Assembly: GCA_963740055.1 (NCBI GenBank)
Contig: CAVUCL010000002.1
Location: 24,849-88,848 of the forward strand
DNA: 64,000 nucleotides
Source of the DNA: an uncultured Solirubrobacterales bacterium
GTDB lineage: Bacteria > Actinomycetota > Thermoleophilia > Solirubrobacterales > 70-9
Direction of reading: 5' to 3'
Below are positions 9,658-18,606 of this stretch, in pieces (the stretch's first letter is position 1; each line of letters opens with the position of its first letter). The position numbers were made by a program, and so were the translations under genes. Below the pieces are notes generated by a model, which had not been told where the DNA came from, did not search any database, and was given only the letters and a program-made list of their open reading frames with translations.

Positions 9658-10140
9658 TCAGGCGCGAGCGGACGCGAACGCGATCTCGCGGTCGAGGTGA
9701 AACTCGACCCGGGTCAGCCGCTCCGCGGTGAACTTCCACACGGCGGCGCTCGGCTGGACGATCTCGAGCTCGGAGTGGCGGGAGGTGCCCGACTGCACCC
9801 CGAGGACGACCACGTTCTCGCCCACCTCCTCGACCGACTCGACCTGAAACCGGATCCGTGCGAACGCGTCGAGCCAGTCGTGCCATGCCTGGCGCAGCCC
9901 CTCGAGGCCTTCGTAGGTCGCCTCGAAATGGACGCCGCCGTTCATCACCCCGACCACGTCGTCGTCGGCGAAGGTCGCGACCGCGGCCACCATGCGGTCG
10001 ACGAGCGCCGCGTCGACCTCGACCTGATCGGCCGAGAACACCGCCGCCAGAGCCGCCATCAGGCGCTCGGCGTTCGAGGGACGAGCGGTATCCTCCGGCA
10101 CCCGAAACAGTTCAGCAGACCGCGACAGAGCAGGAGCCAT
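9658..10140 (-). CDS. NTF2/SnoaL-like protein
   Basis: ATFADDDVVGVMNGGVHFEATYEGLEGLRQAWHDWLDAF...VVVLGVQSG is an NTF2-like fold pattern. The start is uncertain; the internal ATG at 10059 is equally plausible. Confidence 0.5.
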   Translation of the reverse strand: MAPALSRSAELFRVPEDTARPSNAERLMAALAAVFSADQVEVDAALVDRMVAAVATFADDDVVGVMNGGVHFEATYEGLEGLRQAWHDWLDAFARIRFQVESVEEVGENVVVLGVQSGTSRHSELEIVQPSAAVWKFTAERLTRVEFHLDREIAFASARA

Positions 10141-11350
10141 GGCCGTAGCTACCGCGACCCATCAGGATCTGACCGACGACCAGCAGGCGATCGTCGAGAT
10201 GGTCCGCAACTTCGTCGACAAGGAGATCCTCCCGGTCGCCGAGAAGTACGACCACGCAGACGAGTTCCCGGAGCCGATCGTCGAGCAGATGAAGGAGCTC
10301 GGCCTGTTCGGGGTCACGATTCCCGAGGAGCACGGCGGCATGGGCCTCGACCTGTCGACCTACACGCTGATCGTCGAGGAGCTCTCGCGCGGCTGGATCT
10401 CGATCTCGGGCGTCGTCAACACCCACTTCATCGGCTCCTACCTGCTGATGAAGTTCGGCACCGACGAGCAGCGCGACCACTTCCTGCCGAAGATGGCGAC
10501 GGGGGAGATCCGCGCCGCGTTCTCCCTCTCCGAGCCCGAGGTCGGCTCCGATGTCCAGGGGATCAAGTCGACCGCGAAGCGCGGCGACGACGGGGTCTGG
10601 GAGCTCAACGGGCAGAAGATGTGGGTCACCAACGGGCTCGGTTCCGGGGTCGTCTTCGTGCTCATGAAGACCGATCCCAAGGCCGACCCCCCGTACAAGG
10701 GGATGACCTGCTTCATCACCGAGAAGGAGCCCTGGAAGGAGAACAACGAGGGCGACTTCGCCGGGCTCGATGTGCCGCCGAAGATCCAGAAGATGGGCTA
10801 CAAGGGAGTCGAGTCGACCGAGCTCGTCTACAACGGCTACCGCTGCCCGGAGGGGCGCATCCTCGGTGGCGCCGACGGGGTCGGCGAGGGCTTTCGCCAG
10901 ATGATGGACGCGCTCGAGGTCGGGCGGGTGAACGTCGCCGCGCGTGGGGTCGGGATCGCGCAGCGCGCGCTCGAGCTCGCGCTGCGCTACTCGCAGGAGC
11001 GAAAGACGTTCGGCAAGCCGATCGCCGAGCACCAGGCGATCCAGTTCAAGCTCGCCGAGATGGCGACCAAGGTCGAGGCCGCGCGGCTGCTGACCCGCAA
11101 GGCGGCGGCGATGAAGGACGCGGGCGAGCGCTCCGACCTCGAGGCCGGGATGGCGAAGCTGTTCGCCTCGGAGGCGGGCAAGGAGTGCGTCGAGGAGGCG
11201 TTTCGCATCCACGGCGGCTACGGCTACTCGAAGGAGTACGAGATCGAGCGGCTCTACCGCGACGCGCCCCTGCTGTTGATCGGCGAGGGCACCTCCGAGA
11301 TCCAGAAGATGGTGATCGGAAAGAAGCTGCTCGCGCGCAACAAGGCCTGA
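10139..11350 (+). CDS. acyl-CoA dehydrogenase
   Basis: 403 aa with canonical ACAD motifs (FSLSEPEVGSDV, KMWVTNG, RIHGGYGYSKEYEIERLYRDAPLLLIGEGTSEIQ). Confidence 0.9.
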   Translation: MAVATATHQDLTDDQQAIVEMVRNFVDKEILPVAEKYDHADEFPEPIVEQMKELGLFGVTIPEEHGGMGLDLSTYTLIVEELSRGWISISGVVNTHFIGSYLLMKFGTDEQRDHFLPKMATGEIRAAFSLSEPEVGSDVQGIKSTAKRGDDGVWELNGQKMWVTNGLGSGVVFVLMKTDPKADPPYKGMTCFITEKEPWKENNEGDFAGLDVPPKIQKMGYKGVESTELVYNGYRCPEGRILGGADGVGEGFRQMMDALEVGRVNVAARGVGIAQRALELALRYSQERKTFGKPIAEHQAIQFKLAEMATKVEAARLLTRKAAAMKDAGERSDLEAGMAKLFASEAGKECVEEAFRIHGGYGYSKEYEIERLYRDAPLLLIGEGTSEIQKMVIGKKLLARNKA

Positions 11351-11715
11351 TGGCGACCTCGACCCCGGAGCTGATCAAGGAGGCGGTCGAGGGCCTGCAG
11401 CGTGAGGTCCCGGCACTGGCGAAGCTGAAGCTCGTCTTCGGGCTCGAGCTGCGCGGGCGCGGCGACGTGCAGCTGTACCGCGTCGAGCTGCCCGGGCCGC
11501 GGATCTCGAAGGGGTTCGGCGACGACGAGCGCGTCCACGTCGCGATCCCGCGCTCGCATTTCAACGAGCTCGCGGCCGACGGCAGCGCCACGCACTGGCA
11601 TCAGGCCTACGACCTCGGCCAGGTCAAGGTCGAGGGCGACCCCAACATCCAGAAGCTGGTCGGCCAGGTGATCGCCCGCAGCGAGGCCCGCGGGCGGCTG
11701 CGCAAGGCGCACTGA
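11350..11715 (+). CDS. SCP2 sterol-carrier-like domain protein
   Basis: ATG overlaps the ACAD stop (TGATG). MATSTPELIKEAVEGLQREVPALAKLKLVFGLEL...QAYDLGQVKVEGDPNIQKLVGQV has the layout of SCP2-type lipid carrier proteins. Confidence 0.6.
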   Translation: MATSTPELIKEAVEGLQREVPALAKLKLVFGLELRGRGDVQLYRVELPGPRISKGFGDDERVHVAIPRSHFNELAADGSATHWHQAYDLGQVKVEGDPNIQKLVGQVIARSEARGRLRKAH

Positions 11716-11723
11716 GCTGCTCG

Positions 11724-12074
11724 TTGGCGACCTCCAACGACCTGATCATCGTCGCCGTGCAGCGCTTCCAGGCCCAGGTACCGGCGCTGGCGAAGCTGAA
11801 GCTCGTCGTCGACCTCGAGCTCACCTCGGGCGGCCTCACCGGCCCCGGGGAGTCGGAGGCGTTCCGGATCGAGGTCCCGGGCCCGAAGGTGGGCGCCGGG
11901 CCGAGCGAGGACGCCCGCCTCCGGCTCTCGATCCCCGCGACGATGTTCAAGCTGCTCGCCGAGGAGGGCCAGCTCGTCGACTGGCGCGAGGCCTACTTCT
12001 ACGGCCACCTCCGAGTCGAAGGCGATCAACGGGTCAGGCGCCTGCTCGGCAAGGCGGTCGAGCGCTCCGCGTGA
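11724..12074 (+). CDS. SCP2-like domain protein, tandem paralog
   Basis: TTG start. VQRFQAQVPALAKLKLVVDLEL...EAYFYGHLRVEGDQRVRRLLGK aligns with the preceding gene. Confidence 0.55.
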   Translation: MATSNDLIIVAVQRFQAQVPALAKLKLVVDLELTSGGLTGPGESEAFRIEVPGPKVGAGPSEDARLRLSIPATMFKLLAEEGQLVDWREAYFYGHLRVEGDQRVRRLLGKAVERSA

Positions 12075-12156
12075 GCGCCGCCCGCGGCGGGCCGCGACGC
12101 TACGATCCCGCGCCGGAGGAGGGGCCGATCCGACCCCAAGGAGACAGACGAACGCG

Positions 12157-12702
12157 ATGAGCGAACCAGAGCACGAGTTGATCACCGACCAGGCCGGGCG
12201 CGAGGCCTCCGGAGCCCATCCCTACGGGCGCTATCTGGAGGAGTTCGAGGTCGGAGCCGTCTACCGCCACTGGCCGGCGAAGACGGTGACCGAGGCCGAC
12301 GACCACATGTTCTGCCTGATCACGATGAATCACCACCCGCTGCACATCAACGACGTCTACGCCTCGCAGTCGCAGCAGGGTCGCAACGTCGTCGTCGGGC
12401 CGCTCGTCTACTCCCTGGCCCTGGGGATGTCGGTCTCCGACGTCTCCGGCAAGGCGATCGCGAACCTCGCGACCGAGGACCTCTCGCACCCGAACCCGGT
12501 CTTCCACGGCGACACCCTGTTCTGCGAGTCGGAGGTGCTCGAGGTGCGGCCGTCGAAGTCGAAGCCCGACCGCGGCATCGTCAAGGTCCACACCCGCGTC
12601 TACAAGCAGGACAACACGCTCGTCGCCGAGTTCAAGCGCGCGGTCCTGATCCCGAAGCGCCCGAACGGCGAGGCGCCGACGCCCGAGGGTGACGTCGAGT
12701 GA
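12157..12702 (+). CDS. MaoC-like (R)-specific acyl/enoyl-CoA hydratase (single hot-dog)
   Basis: TVTEADDHMFCLITMNHHPLHINDVYA...HPNPVFHGDTLFCESEVLEV is the MaoC dehydratase signature. Confidence 0.85.
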   Translation: MSEPEHELITDQAGREASGAHPYGRYLEEFEVGAVYRHWPAKTVTEADDHMFCLITMNHHPLHINDVYASQSQQGRNVVVGPLVYSLALGMSVSDVSGKAIANLATEDLSHPNPVFHGDTLFCESEVLEVRPSKSKPDRGIVKVHTRVYKQDNTLVAEFKRAVLIPKRPNGEAPTPEGDVE

Positions 12703-13232
12703 GCCCGGACGTCGCGACCTCCGAGGGCGAGCCGATCGCGAGCGCCGAATGGCTACGCGAGTTCGCCGACGGCTACATGGCGGCCTGGAACGGGGCCGAC
12801 GTCGAGGGCATCGCCGCGAGGATCGCCGATGACGTCGTCTGGTCGGACCCGGCGCTGGCGGAGCCGGCCCGCGGGCGGTCGGCGGTCGCGGACTTCGCCC
12901 GCTCCTCGTTCGTCGCCTTCCCCGATCTGCGCTTCGCCGAGCCGGGACCGCCGGCGATCAGCGCCGACGGCCTCGTCGCCTATGCGCCCTGGCGGATGAC
13001 CGCCACCAACACGGGGCCGATCGACCCGCCCGGGTTCGCCGCCACGGGCAAGCCCGTCGCGATCGACGGGATCGACGTGTGGCGGTTTCGCGACGGCCTG
13101 ATCTGGCGCTACCAGGCGCTCTACGACTTCTCCGAGGTCGCCCGTCAGCTCGGCCTGCTGCCGCCGCGCGACGGCTTCGCTCAGGTGGCGATCGTGCGCG
13201 GTCAGCGCCTGCTCGCGAAGCTCCGCGGCTGA
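12699..13232 (+). CDS. SnoaL-like / ester-cyclase-like protein
   Basis: EFADGYMAAWNGADVEGIAARIADDVVWSDP...GIDVWRFRDGLIWRYQALYD. The start overlaps the MaoC stop by 4 nt. Confidence 0.6.
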   Translation: MSPDVATSEGEPIASAEWLREFADGYMAAWNGADVEGIAARIADDVVWSDPALAEPARGRSAVADFARSSFVAFPDLRFAEPGPPAISADGLVAYAPWRMTATNTGPIDPPGFAATGKPVAIDGIDVWRFRDGLIWRYQALYDFSEVARQLGLLPPRDGFAQVAIVRGQRLLAKLRG

Positions 13233-13251
13233 GCTCGCGCCGCCGGCGCGC

Positions 13252-14229
13252 TCAGATCAGCTTCGCGACCGACTCGAGGCCGGCATCGAAGTCGGTCCTC
13301 GGGATCCCGCCGACGCAGGGCGAGTTCACCCCGGCGTCGCGGTAGCGGGCGACCGCACCGTGGACCTCCTCCTCGGTGCCGATCCCGGCGAGCTCGGCAA
13401 GCATCCGATCGGAGAGGCCGCTCGCGGCGCGCTCCGGGTCGGCGGCCGTGATCCCCGCGTCGAAGGCCGCGATTTCGTCGCCGAAGCCGGACGCTTCGAG
13501 CATCGCGCGGTAGAACGGCAGCGAGGCGTAGGGGATCAGGTCCTGGCGAAAGGTCGCCCGGGCGGCATCGGCATCGTCGGTGAGCGCGATCGGCACCGCC
13601 GCGACGACGTCGAAGTCCGCCGGCTTGCGCCCGGCCCGCGCGAGCCCCTCGGCCACGGCCGGGACCACCGTCTCGCGGATGTAGGACGGACAGCACAGCC
13701 ACAGCATCACGCCGTCGGCGATCTCACCGGCGAGGCGGAGCATGTTCGGCGACAGGGCGGCGACGTAGATCGGCAGCTCCGCCCGCGCCGCGTAGCCCAT
13801 GAACGCGAACCTGGTCGGGAACCGCTCCGACTCCGGCGGCTGCTCGCCGCGGACGATCGCGCGCACAGCGCCGACGTACTCGCGCATCTGCGCGACCGGC
13901 TTCGAGATCGTCGCTCCGTGCCAGTTCTCGACCGTGACCCGGTGCGAGATCCCGAGCCCGAGCACCGCCCGCCCGCCCGAGTACTCATCCAGGGTGGCGA
14001 CGGTTTGCGCCATCGTCGCCGGCGTGCGGGAGAAGATCGGGACCACCCCGGTGCCGAGGCGGATGCGCTCGCTCGACGCCGCGTAGGCCATCAGCGTCGT
14101 CAGCGAGTCGCGCCCCGCGATATGCGTGGTGTAGGCGGCGTCGAAGCCGAGCCGATCGGCGAGCGAAACGCGCTCGAGGGTCCGGGTCAGCTCGCGCCCG
14201 GGGGAGATGAAGGCGCCGATGCCGGCCAC
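13252..14229 (-). CDS. LLM-class (luciferase-like) flavin/F420-dependent oxidoreductase
   Basis: VSLADRLGFDAAYTTH..., LGTGVVPIF.RTPA, GRAVLGLGISH, ...YRDAGVN. I chose the in-frame GTG at 14229; the upstream part of ORF 13252..14439 looks non-coding. Confidence 0.8.
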   Translation of the reverse strand: MAGIGAFISPGRELTRTLERVSLADRLGFDAAYTTHIAGRDSLTTLMAYAASSERIRLGTGVVPIFSRTPATMAQTVATLDEYSGGRAVLGLGISHRVTVENWHGATISKPVAQMREYVGAVRAIVRGEQPPESERFPTRFAFMGYAARAELPIYVAALSPNMLRLAGEIADGVMLWLCCPSYIRETVVPAVAEGLARAGRKPADFDVVAAVPIALTDDADAARATFRQDLIPYASLPFYRAMLEASGFGDEIAAFDAGITAADPERAASGLSDRMLAELAGIGTEEEVHGAVARYRDAGVNSPCVGGIPRTDFDAGLESVAKLI

Positions 14230-14258
14230 GCCTGATTCATATCTGAATCCGGCCCCGT

Positions 14259-15284
14259 TCAGCCCGAGCAGCCGACCGGCGGCTCGGCCGTCTGATCGTC
14301 GAGCGGACCGGGCGCCGGCAGCGGGCCGGATCCGCCCCTCGGCTTGCCGGGCCCGGAGTTGGGCGCCAGGGCCGCGATCGTGCGGTACAGGCGCGTCGGC
14401 GAGCCGTCGGCTCGCAGCGCCGAGAGTCCCGCGTCCCACCCCTGGGTCGAGGTCGCCGCGTGCGGTGACCAGAGACGATGGAAGATGATCGCCCGGGCGC
14501 GGCCGCGCGCGTAACGGTAGGCCTGGCGGACGAAGCGTCGCTGCGCCGTGCCGGAGACGAGCGAGCGGGAGACGCCCGTCTCGGTGATCCAGAGCTGGCG
14601 CCGGCCCGCGATCCCCTGCAGCCGCTTGATCGTACGACGAAACTCGACCATCAGCCGGCTGCCGAACGGGTAGATGTGGGCCCCGAGCTCGACTCGCGGA
14701 TCAACCAGGCGGTACATGTCGCGCATGTAGCCGAGCCAGCCCTCCTCACCCGGCGACGCGCCGGGCCCGATCACCCGACGGCCGGGGTCGACCGACCAGA
14801 CTGCCCGCGCCGCGAGATTGGTCAACTCCGCCGCGCGCTCCGCCTCGAGGTTGCCGTAGGGGTCGATGTTGGGCTCGTTCAAGACCGCGAGCAGCGCCTG
14901 CGGGTAGCGCTGCGCAAGCTCGCGCCAGATACGGCGGTAGTCGTCGTCGTGCGATGGGCTCAGGGCGCATGGGAGCAGCGGGACCTGTGGCCCGGCGGCC
15001 CAGTCCGGTGTGCCGAACACCGAGATCAGCGGCCGGACACCGATCCGCTCGAGGCTCCGCACCGCGTTGTCGACGTAGTCGAACTCGAGGCGGCCCTGCT
15101 GGGGCTCGAGTCGCTCCCAGGACACCGGGAAGCGGGCCAGCGGGACTTTCGCGCGCTTGAGCGCCTTCGAGCCCGCCACGAGCCGATCGCCGTCCTCGTT
15201 GAATCCGACCGCGATCGCCTGCGCTCCCGCCGGTGACGCGAGCGCCCCGAGCACGACCAGGCTGACGATCGTCCGTCTCATCAC
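14259..15284 (-). CDS. secreted glycoside-hydrolase-like TIM-barrel protein (clan GH-A type)
   Basis: Signal peptide MMRRTIVSLVVLGALASPAGAQA. NEP and ITETG motifs are spaced as the acid/base and nucleophile of clan A hydrolases. Confidence 0.55.
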   Translation of the reverse strand: MMRRTIVSLVVLGALASPAGAQAIAVGFNEDGDRLVAGSKALKRAKVPLARFPVSWERLEPQQGRLEFDYVDNAVRSLERIGVRPLISVFGTPDWAAGPQVPLLPCALSPSHDDDYRRIWRELAQRYPQALLAVLNEPNIDPYGNLEAERAAELTNLAARAVWSVDPGRRVIGPGASPGEEGWLGYMRDMYRLVDPRVELGAHIYPFGSRLMVEFRRTIKRLQGIAGRRQLWITETGVSRSLVSGTAQRRFVRQAYRYARGRARAIIFHRLWSPHAATSTQGWDAGLSALRADGSPTRLYRTIAALAPNSGPGKPRGGSGPLPAPGPLDDQTAEPPVGCSG

Positions 15285-15371
15285 CCTCCGTCAGCGGCCG
15301 GTCGGATCACGCGTGAACGACTACCCCCTCGCGGACCGGACCATGCCTGGAGGCCTGCAGCGAGTGGGAGC

Positions 15372-15938
15372 TCAGTGCGCTTCGTCGGCGGCGTGCGCGG
15401 GCGGCCGAGACTCCTCGGCCAGCGAGGTGAGCTCGAGCGTCCCGCGCGACGCCTCCTCGAGCACCTCGGTCGCCTCCTCGGCGGAGCGGGCGTAGAGCTC
15501 GACCAGCAGGTGGACGATGATCCGCTCCTCGTCGTGCTTGTGGAAGCGCACGTGGGTGAAGAACTCACGCGTCCCCGGATCCCCGAACGAGGCATAGGTG
15601 AGGCTGTCGGCCGCCTCGGGCCCGGAGCAGGTCTCGACCTGGTCCTGGTCGATCGTGACCGTGCACGAGGCGACCCACGGGGTGCCCGCGACCATCCGCT
15701 CCCAGCGGTCCTCGATCGGGACCACCCGCCCGTCCTCGATCCACAGGTGGGGCTGGTCGTGCATGCAGTCGAGGCACTGCACGACCGCCTCCTGCACCTC
15801 CTCGACGCGCTCCGCGGTCTCGCCCGACTCCGGGTCGACCCGGATGATCGCGTCGTAGTGGACCTGCGCCTCGAGGCGCGTCGACCAGCAGCGATAACAG
15901 CGCAGCCAGGCGCTGCGGTCGCCGTTCAGCTCGCTCAT
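15372..15938 (-). CDS. hypothetical protein with two CxxC pairs (zinc-ribbon-like)
   Basis: 188 aa, acidic, with coding-like codon bias. CYRC at the N-terminus and CLDC about 40 aa later. No family recognised. Confidence 0.45.
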   Translation of the reverse strand: MSELNGDRSAWLRCYRCWSTRLEAQVHYDAIIRVDPESGETAERVEEVQEAVVQCLDCMHDQPHLWIEDGRVVPIEDRWERMVAGTPWVASCTVTIDQDQVETCSGPEAADSLTYASFGDPGTREFFTHVRFHKHDEERIIVHLLVELYARSAEEATEVLEEASRGTLELTSLAEESRPPAHAADEAH

Positions 15939-15975
15939 CGCCTCTGAGGGTAGCGCCGCTCGGCGCGGGTGGCGA

Positions 15976-16533
15976 TCAGCGCGCTTCGCCGGGCAAGAGC
16001 GAGTACATGAGCATGTCGCGCCGGACGTCGCCGATCGGCATGAACGAACGCAGCAGGCCCTCGCGGCGAAAGCCGGCCGCCTCGGCGACCCGCAGCGAGG
16101 CGATGTTGCCGGGCTCGATCCAGACCTCGATCCGCTCGACCCCGAGCTCGGCGAGCGCGAACCGGCAGAGCAGCCCGAGGGCGTGGCGCCCGACGCATCG
16201 GCCGCGCTCCGGCGCCGCGACCCAGTAGCCCGCCGAGCAGCGCCTGGTGGCGGGGTCGAGGTTGTGCAGGCCGACGGCGCCGAGCAGCCGGCCGTCGCCC
16301 GGGTCGACGGCCACCGTCGCGAGGTCGGTGCCGGCGGCGAGTCCGGCGGCGGCGCTCCGCTGCCACTGCTGCGCGTCCGCGCTGCCGTAACCGTCGGGGA
16401 GCGTGGTGAAGCGCGGGATCGCGGGATCCTGGAGCGCGTCGACGATCGCGGGCAGGTCGGCGTCGGCGATCAGGCGCAGGCGGACGACCTCGTCGGCGAG
16501 GCCGGCGGCCGGGAAGGAGATCGACGGCGGCAA
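15976..16533 (-). CDS. GNAT family N-acetyltransferase (RimJ/RimL-like)
   Basis: SAGYWVAAPERGRCVGRHALGLLCRFALAELGVERIEVWIEPGNIASLRVAEAAGFRREG. Confidence 0.85.
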   Translation of the reverse strand: MPPSISFPAAGLADEVVRLRLIADADLPAIVDALQDPAIPRFTTLPDGYGSADAQQWQRSAAAGLAAGTDLATVAVDPGDGRLLGAVGLHNLDPATRRCSAGYWVAAPERGRCVGRHALGLLCRFALAELGVERIEVWIEPGNIASLRVAEAAGFRREGLLRSFMPIGDVRRDMLMYSLLPGEAR

Positions 16534-16548
16534 CGACGCGCCGCGCGA

Positions 16549-18543
16549 TCAGGCCGGTGCGCCGGCCTCGGCGCGCTCGCCGACCAGATCGACGATCTCG
16601 CCCATGATCCGGTTGACGTCGAAGTCCTTCGGCGTGTAGACGCGGGCGACACCCGCCTCGCGCAGCTTGGCGGCGTCGGCGAGCGGGATGATCCCGCCGA
16701 TCACGACCGGCGCCTCGACTCCCTGCTCGCGCAGCAGCCGCACCGTCTCCGGGATCAGCTCGAGGTGCGAGCCGGAGAGGATCGAGAGGCCGACGACGTC
16801 GACGTCCTCCTCGACCGCGGAGGCCGCGATCTGCTCCGGCGTCAGCCGGATGCCCTGGTAGATGACCTCCATGCCGACGTCGCGGGCGCGGACGGCGATC
16901 TGCTCGGCTCCGTTCGAGTGCCCGTCCAGCCCCGGCTTGCCGACCAGGATCCGCGGCCGGTGGCCGATCCGCGCCGCGAGCTCCTCGACCCGGCCCCGGA
17001 TCGATGCGAGCAGCTCCTCGTCGCCACCGGAAGCGGCACCGCCGACGCCGGTCGGCGCGCGGTAGTCGCCGAACACCTCGCGCAGCGTCGCCGCCCACTC
17101 GCCGGTCGTCACGCCCGCCTTCGCCGCCGCGATCGTCGCCGGCATGATGTTCGCCGACTCGTCGCCCGCGGCCTCGGCGAGCGCCTCGAGCGCGGCCTCG
17201 ACCGCGTCGCCGTCGCGCTCGTCCTTCCACTCCTCGAGCGCCTCGCGGCGCTCGCGCTCGACCTCGGGGTCGGGGGTGAGGATGCCGCCGTCGGCGCCGG
17301 CGGTGAGCGGCGAGTCCTCGGTCTCGGTGAAGCAGTTCTGGCCGACGACCTTGATCTCCTCGCGCTCGATCTTCGCGATCCGCTCGCGATGCGACTCGAC
17401 CAGGCGGGCCTTCATGTAGGCGACCGCCTCGACCGCGCCGCCCTGCTCGTCGACGACTGCGATCTCGGCCTCGGCGCCCTCGACCAGCTCGGCGACCAGC
17501 CCGTCGATCACCTTCGAGCCCTCGAAGATGTCGGGGTACGCGAGCAGGTCGGTCTCGAGCGCGAGGATCTGCTGGATTCGCAGGCTCCACTGCTGGTCCC
17601 AGGGGCGTGGCAGTCCGAGCGCCTCGTTCCAGGCCGGGAGCTGGATCGCGCGGGCGCGCGCGTTGCGGCCCAGCGTCACCGCGAGCGCCTCGAGCACGAT
17701 CCGCGGCACGTTGTTCTCCGGCTGTGCCTCGGTGAGTCCGAGCGAGTTGACCTGGACGCCGTAGCGCATCCGCAGGAACTTCGGCTCGGTGACCCCGTAG
17801 CGCTCGCGCCCGATCCGCTCCCAGAGCTCCGACATCGCGCGCAGCTTCGCGTGCTCCTCGATGAACCGGACCCCGGCGTTGACGAAGAACGAGATCCGGC
17901 CGAAGATCCGGGGGAAGTCGTCGGCGTCGACCTGTCCGCGGGCCCTGACCTCGTCGAGGACGGCGATCGCCGTGCACATCGAGTAGGCGATCTCCTGGAC
18001 CGGGGTCGCGCCCGCCTCCTGCAGGTGATAGCTGCAGACGTTGGTCGGGTTCCAGCTCGGGATTTCGTCGACCGCGAACGCGACCGTGTCGGCGATCAGG
18101 CGCATCGAGGGCCCCGGGGGGAAGGCGTAGGTCCCGCGCGAGAGGTACTCCTTGATGATGTCGTTCTGGGTCGTGCCCTTGAGCGCCGAGCGCTCGACCC
18201 CGTTCTCGTCGGCGACGGTGACGTAGAGAGCCATCAGCCAGGCGGCGGTCGCGTTGATCGTCATCGAGGTGTTCATCTCGTCGAGCGGGATCCCGTCGAG
18301 GAGCGCATGCATGTCGCCCTTGTGGGCGATCGAGACGCCGACCTTGCCGACCTCGCCGCGGGAGAGCACGTGGTCGGGGTCGTAGCCGGTCTGCGTCGGC
18401 AGGTCGAAGGCGACCGAGAGCCCGGTCTGGCCCTTGGCGAGGTTGCGCCGGTAGAGCTCGTTCGAGCGCCGCGCGTCCGAGTGCCCGGCGTAGGTGCGCA
18501 TCACCCAGGGGCGGTCCGGCTGCTCGAGGCGGTGCGAGCTCAT
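16549..18543 (-). CDS. ecm: ethylmalonyl-CoA mutase (MeaA-type B12-dependent acyl-CoA mutase)
   Basis: 664 aa. RPWVMRTYAGHSDARRSNELYRRNLAKGQTGLSVAFDLPTQTGYD, and a C-terminal B12 domain GKPGLDGHSNGAEQIA...LSILSGSH. From memory it is colinear with Rhodobacter Ecm. Confidence 0.85.
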   Translation of the reverse strand: MSSHRLEQPDRPWVMRTYAGHSDARRSNELYRRNLAKGQTGLSVAFDLPTQTGYDPDHVLSRGEVGKVGVSIAHKGDMHALLDGIPLDEMNTSMTINATAAWLMALYVTVADENGVERSALKGTTQNDIIKEYLSRGTYAFPPGPSMRLIADTVAFAVDEIPSWNPTNVCSYHLQEAGATPVQEIAYSMCTAIAVLDEVRARGQVDADDFPRIFGRISFFVNAGVRFIEEHAKLRAMSELWERIGRERYGVTEPKFLRMRYGVQVNSLGLTEAQPENNVPRIVLEALAVTLGRNARARAIQLPAWNEALGLPRPWDQQWSLRIQQILALETDLLAYPDIFEGSKVIDGLVAELVEGAEAEIAVVDEQGGAVEAVAYMKARLVESHRERIAKIEREEIKVVGQNCFTETEDSPLTAGADGGILTPDPEVERERREALEEWKDERDGDAVEAALEALAEAAGDESANIMPATIAAAKAGVTTGEWAATLREVFGDYRAPTGVGGAASGGDEELLASIRGRVEELAARIGHRPRILVGKPGLDGHSNGAEQIAVRARDVGMEVIYQGIRLTPEQIAASAVEEDVDVVGLSILSGSHLELIPETVRLLREQGVEAPVVIGGIIPLADAAKLREAGVARVYTPKDFDVNRIMGEIVDLVGERAEAGAPA

Positions 18544-18606
18544 GGGGAGATTCTAGTTTCGAACTCGCGCTCGTACTCCATGCTCCATGCTCACTGCCCT
18601 CCAGCG

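Noticed and set aside
10138-10141. Divergent genes whose start codons share the palindrome CATG (zero intergenic distance)
   Set aside because: This is more likely a start-codon over-extension of the NTF2-like gene. An internal ATG at 10059 leaves a normal 79-nt divergent promoter region. It is not treated as a real overlap.
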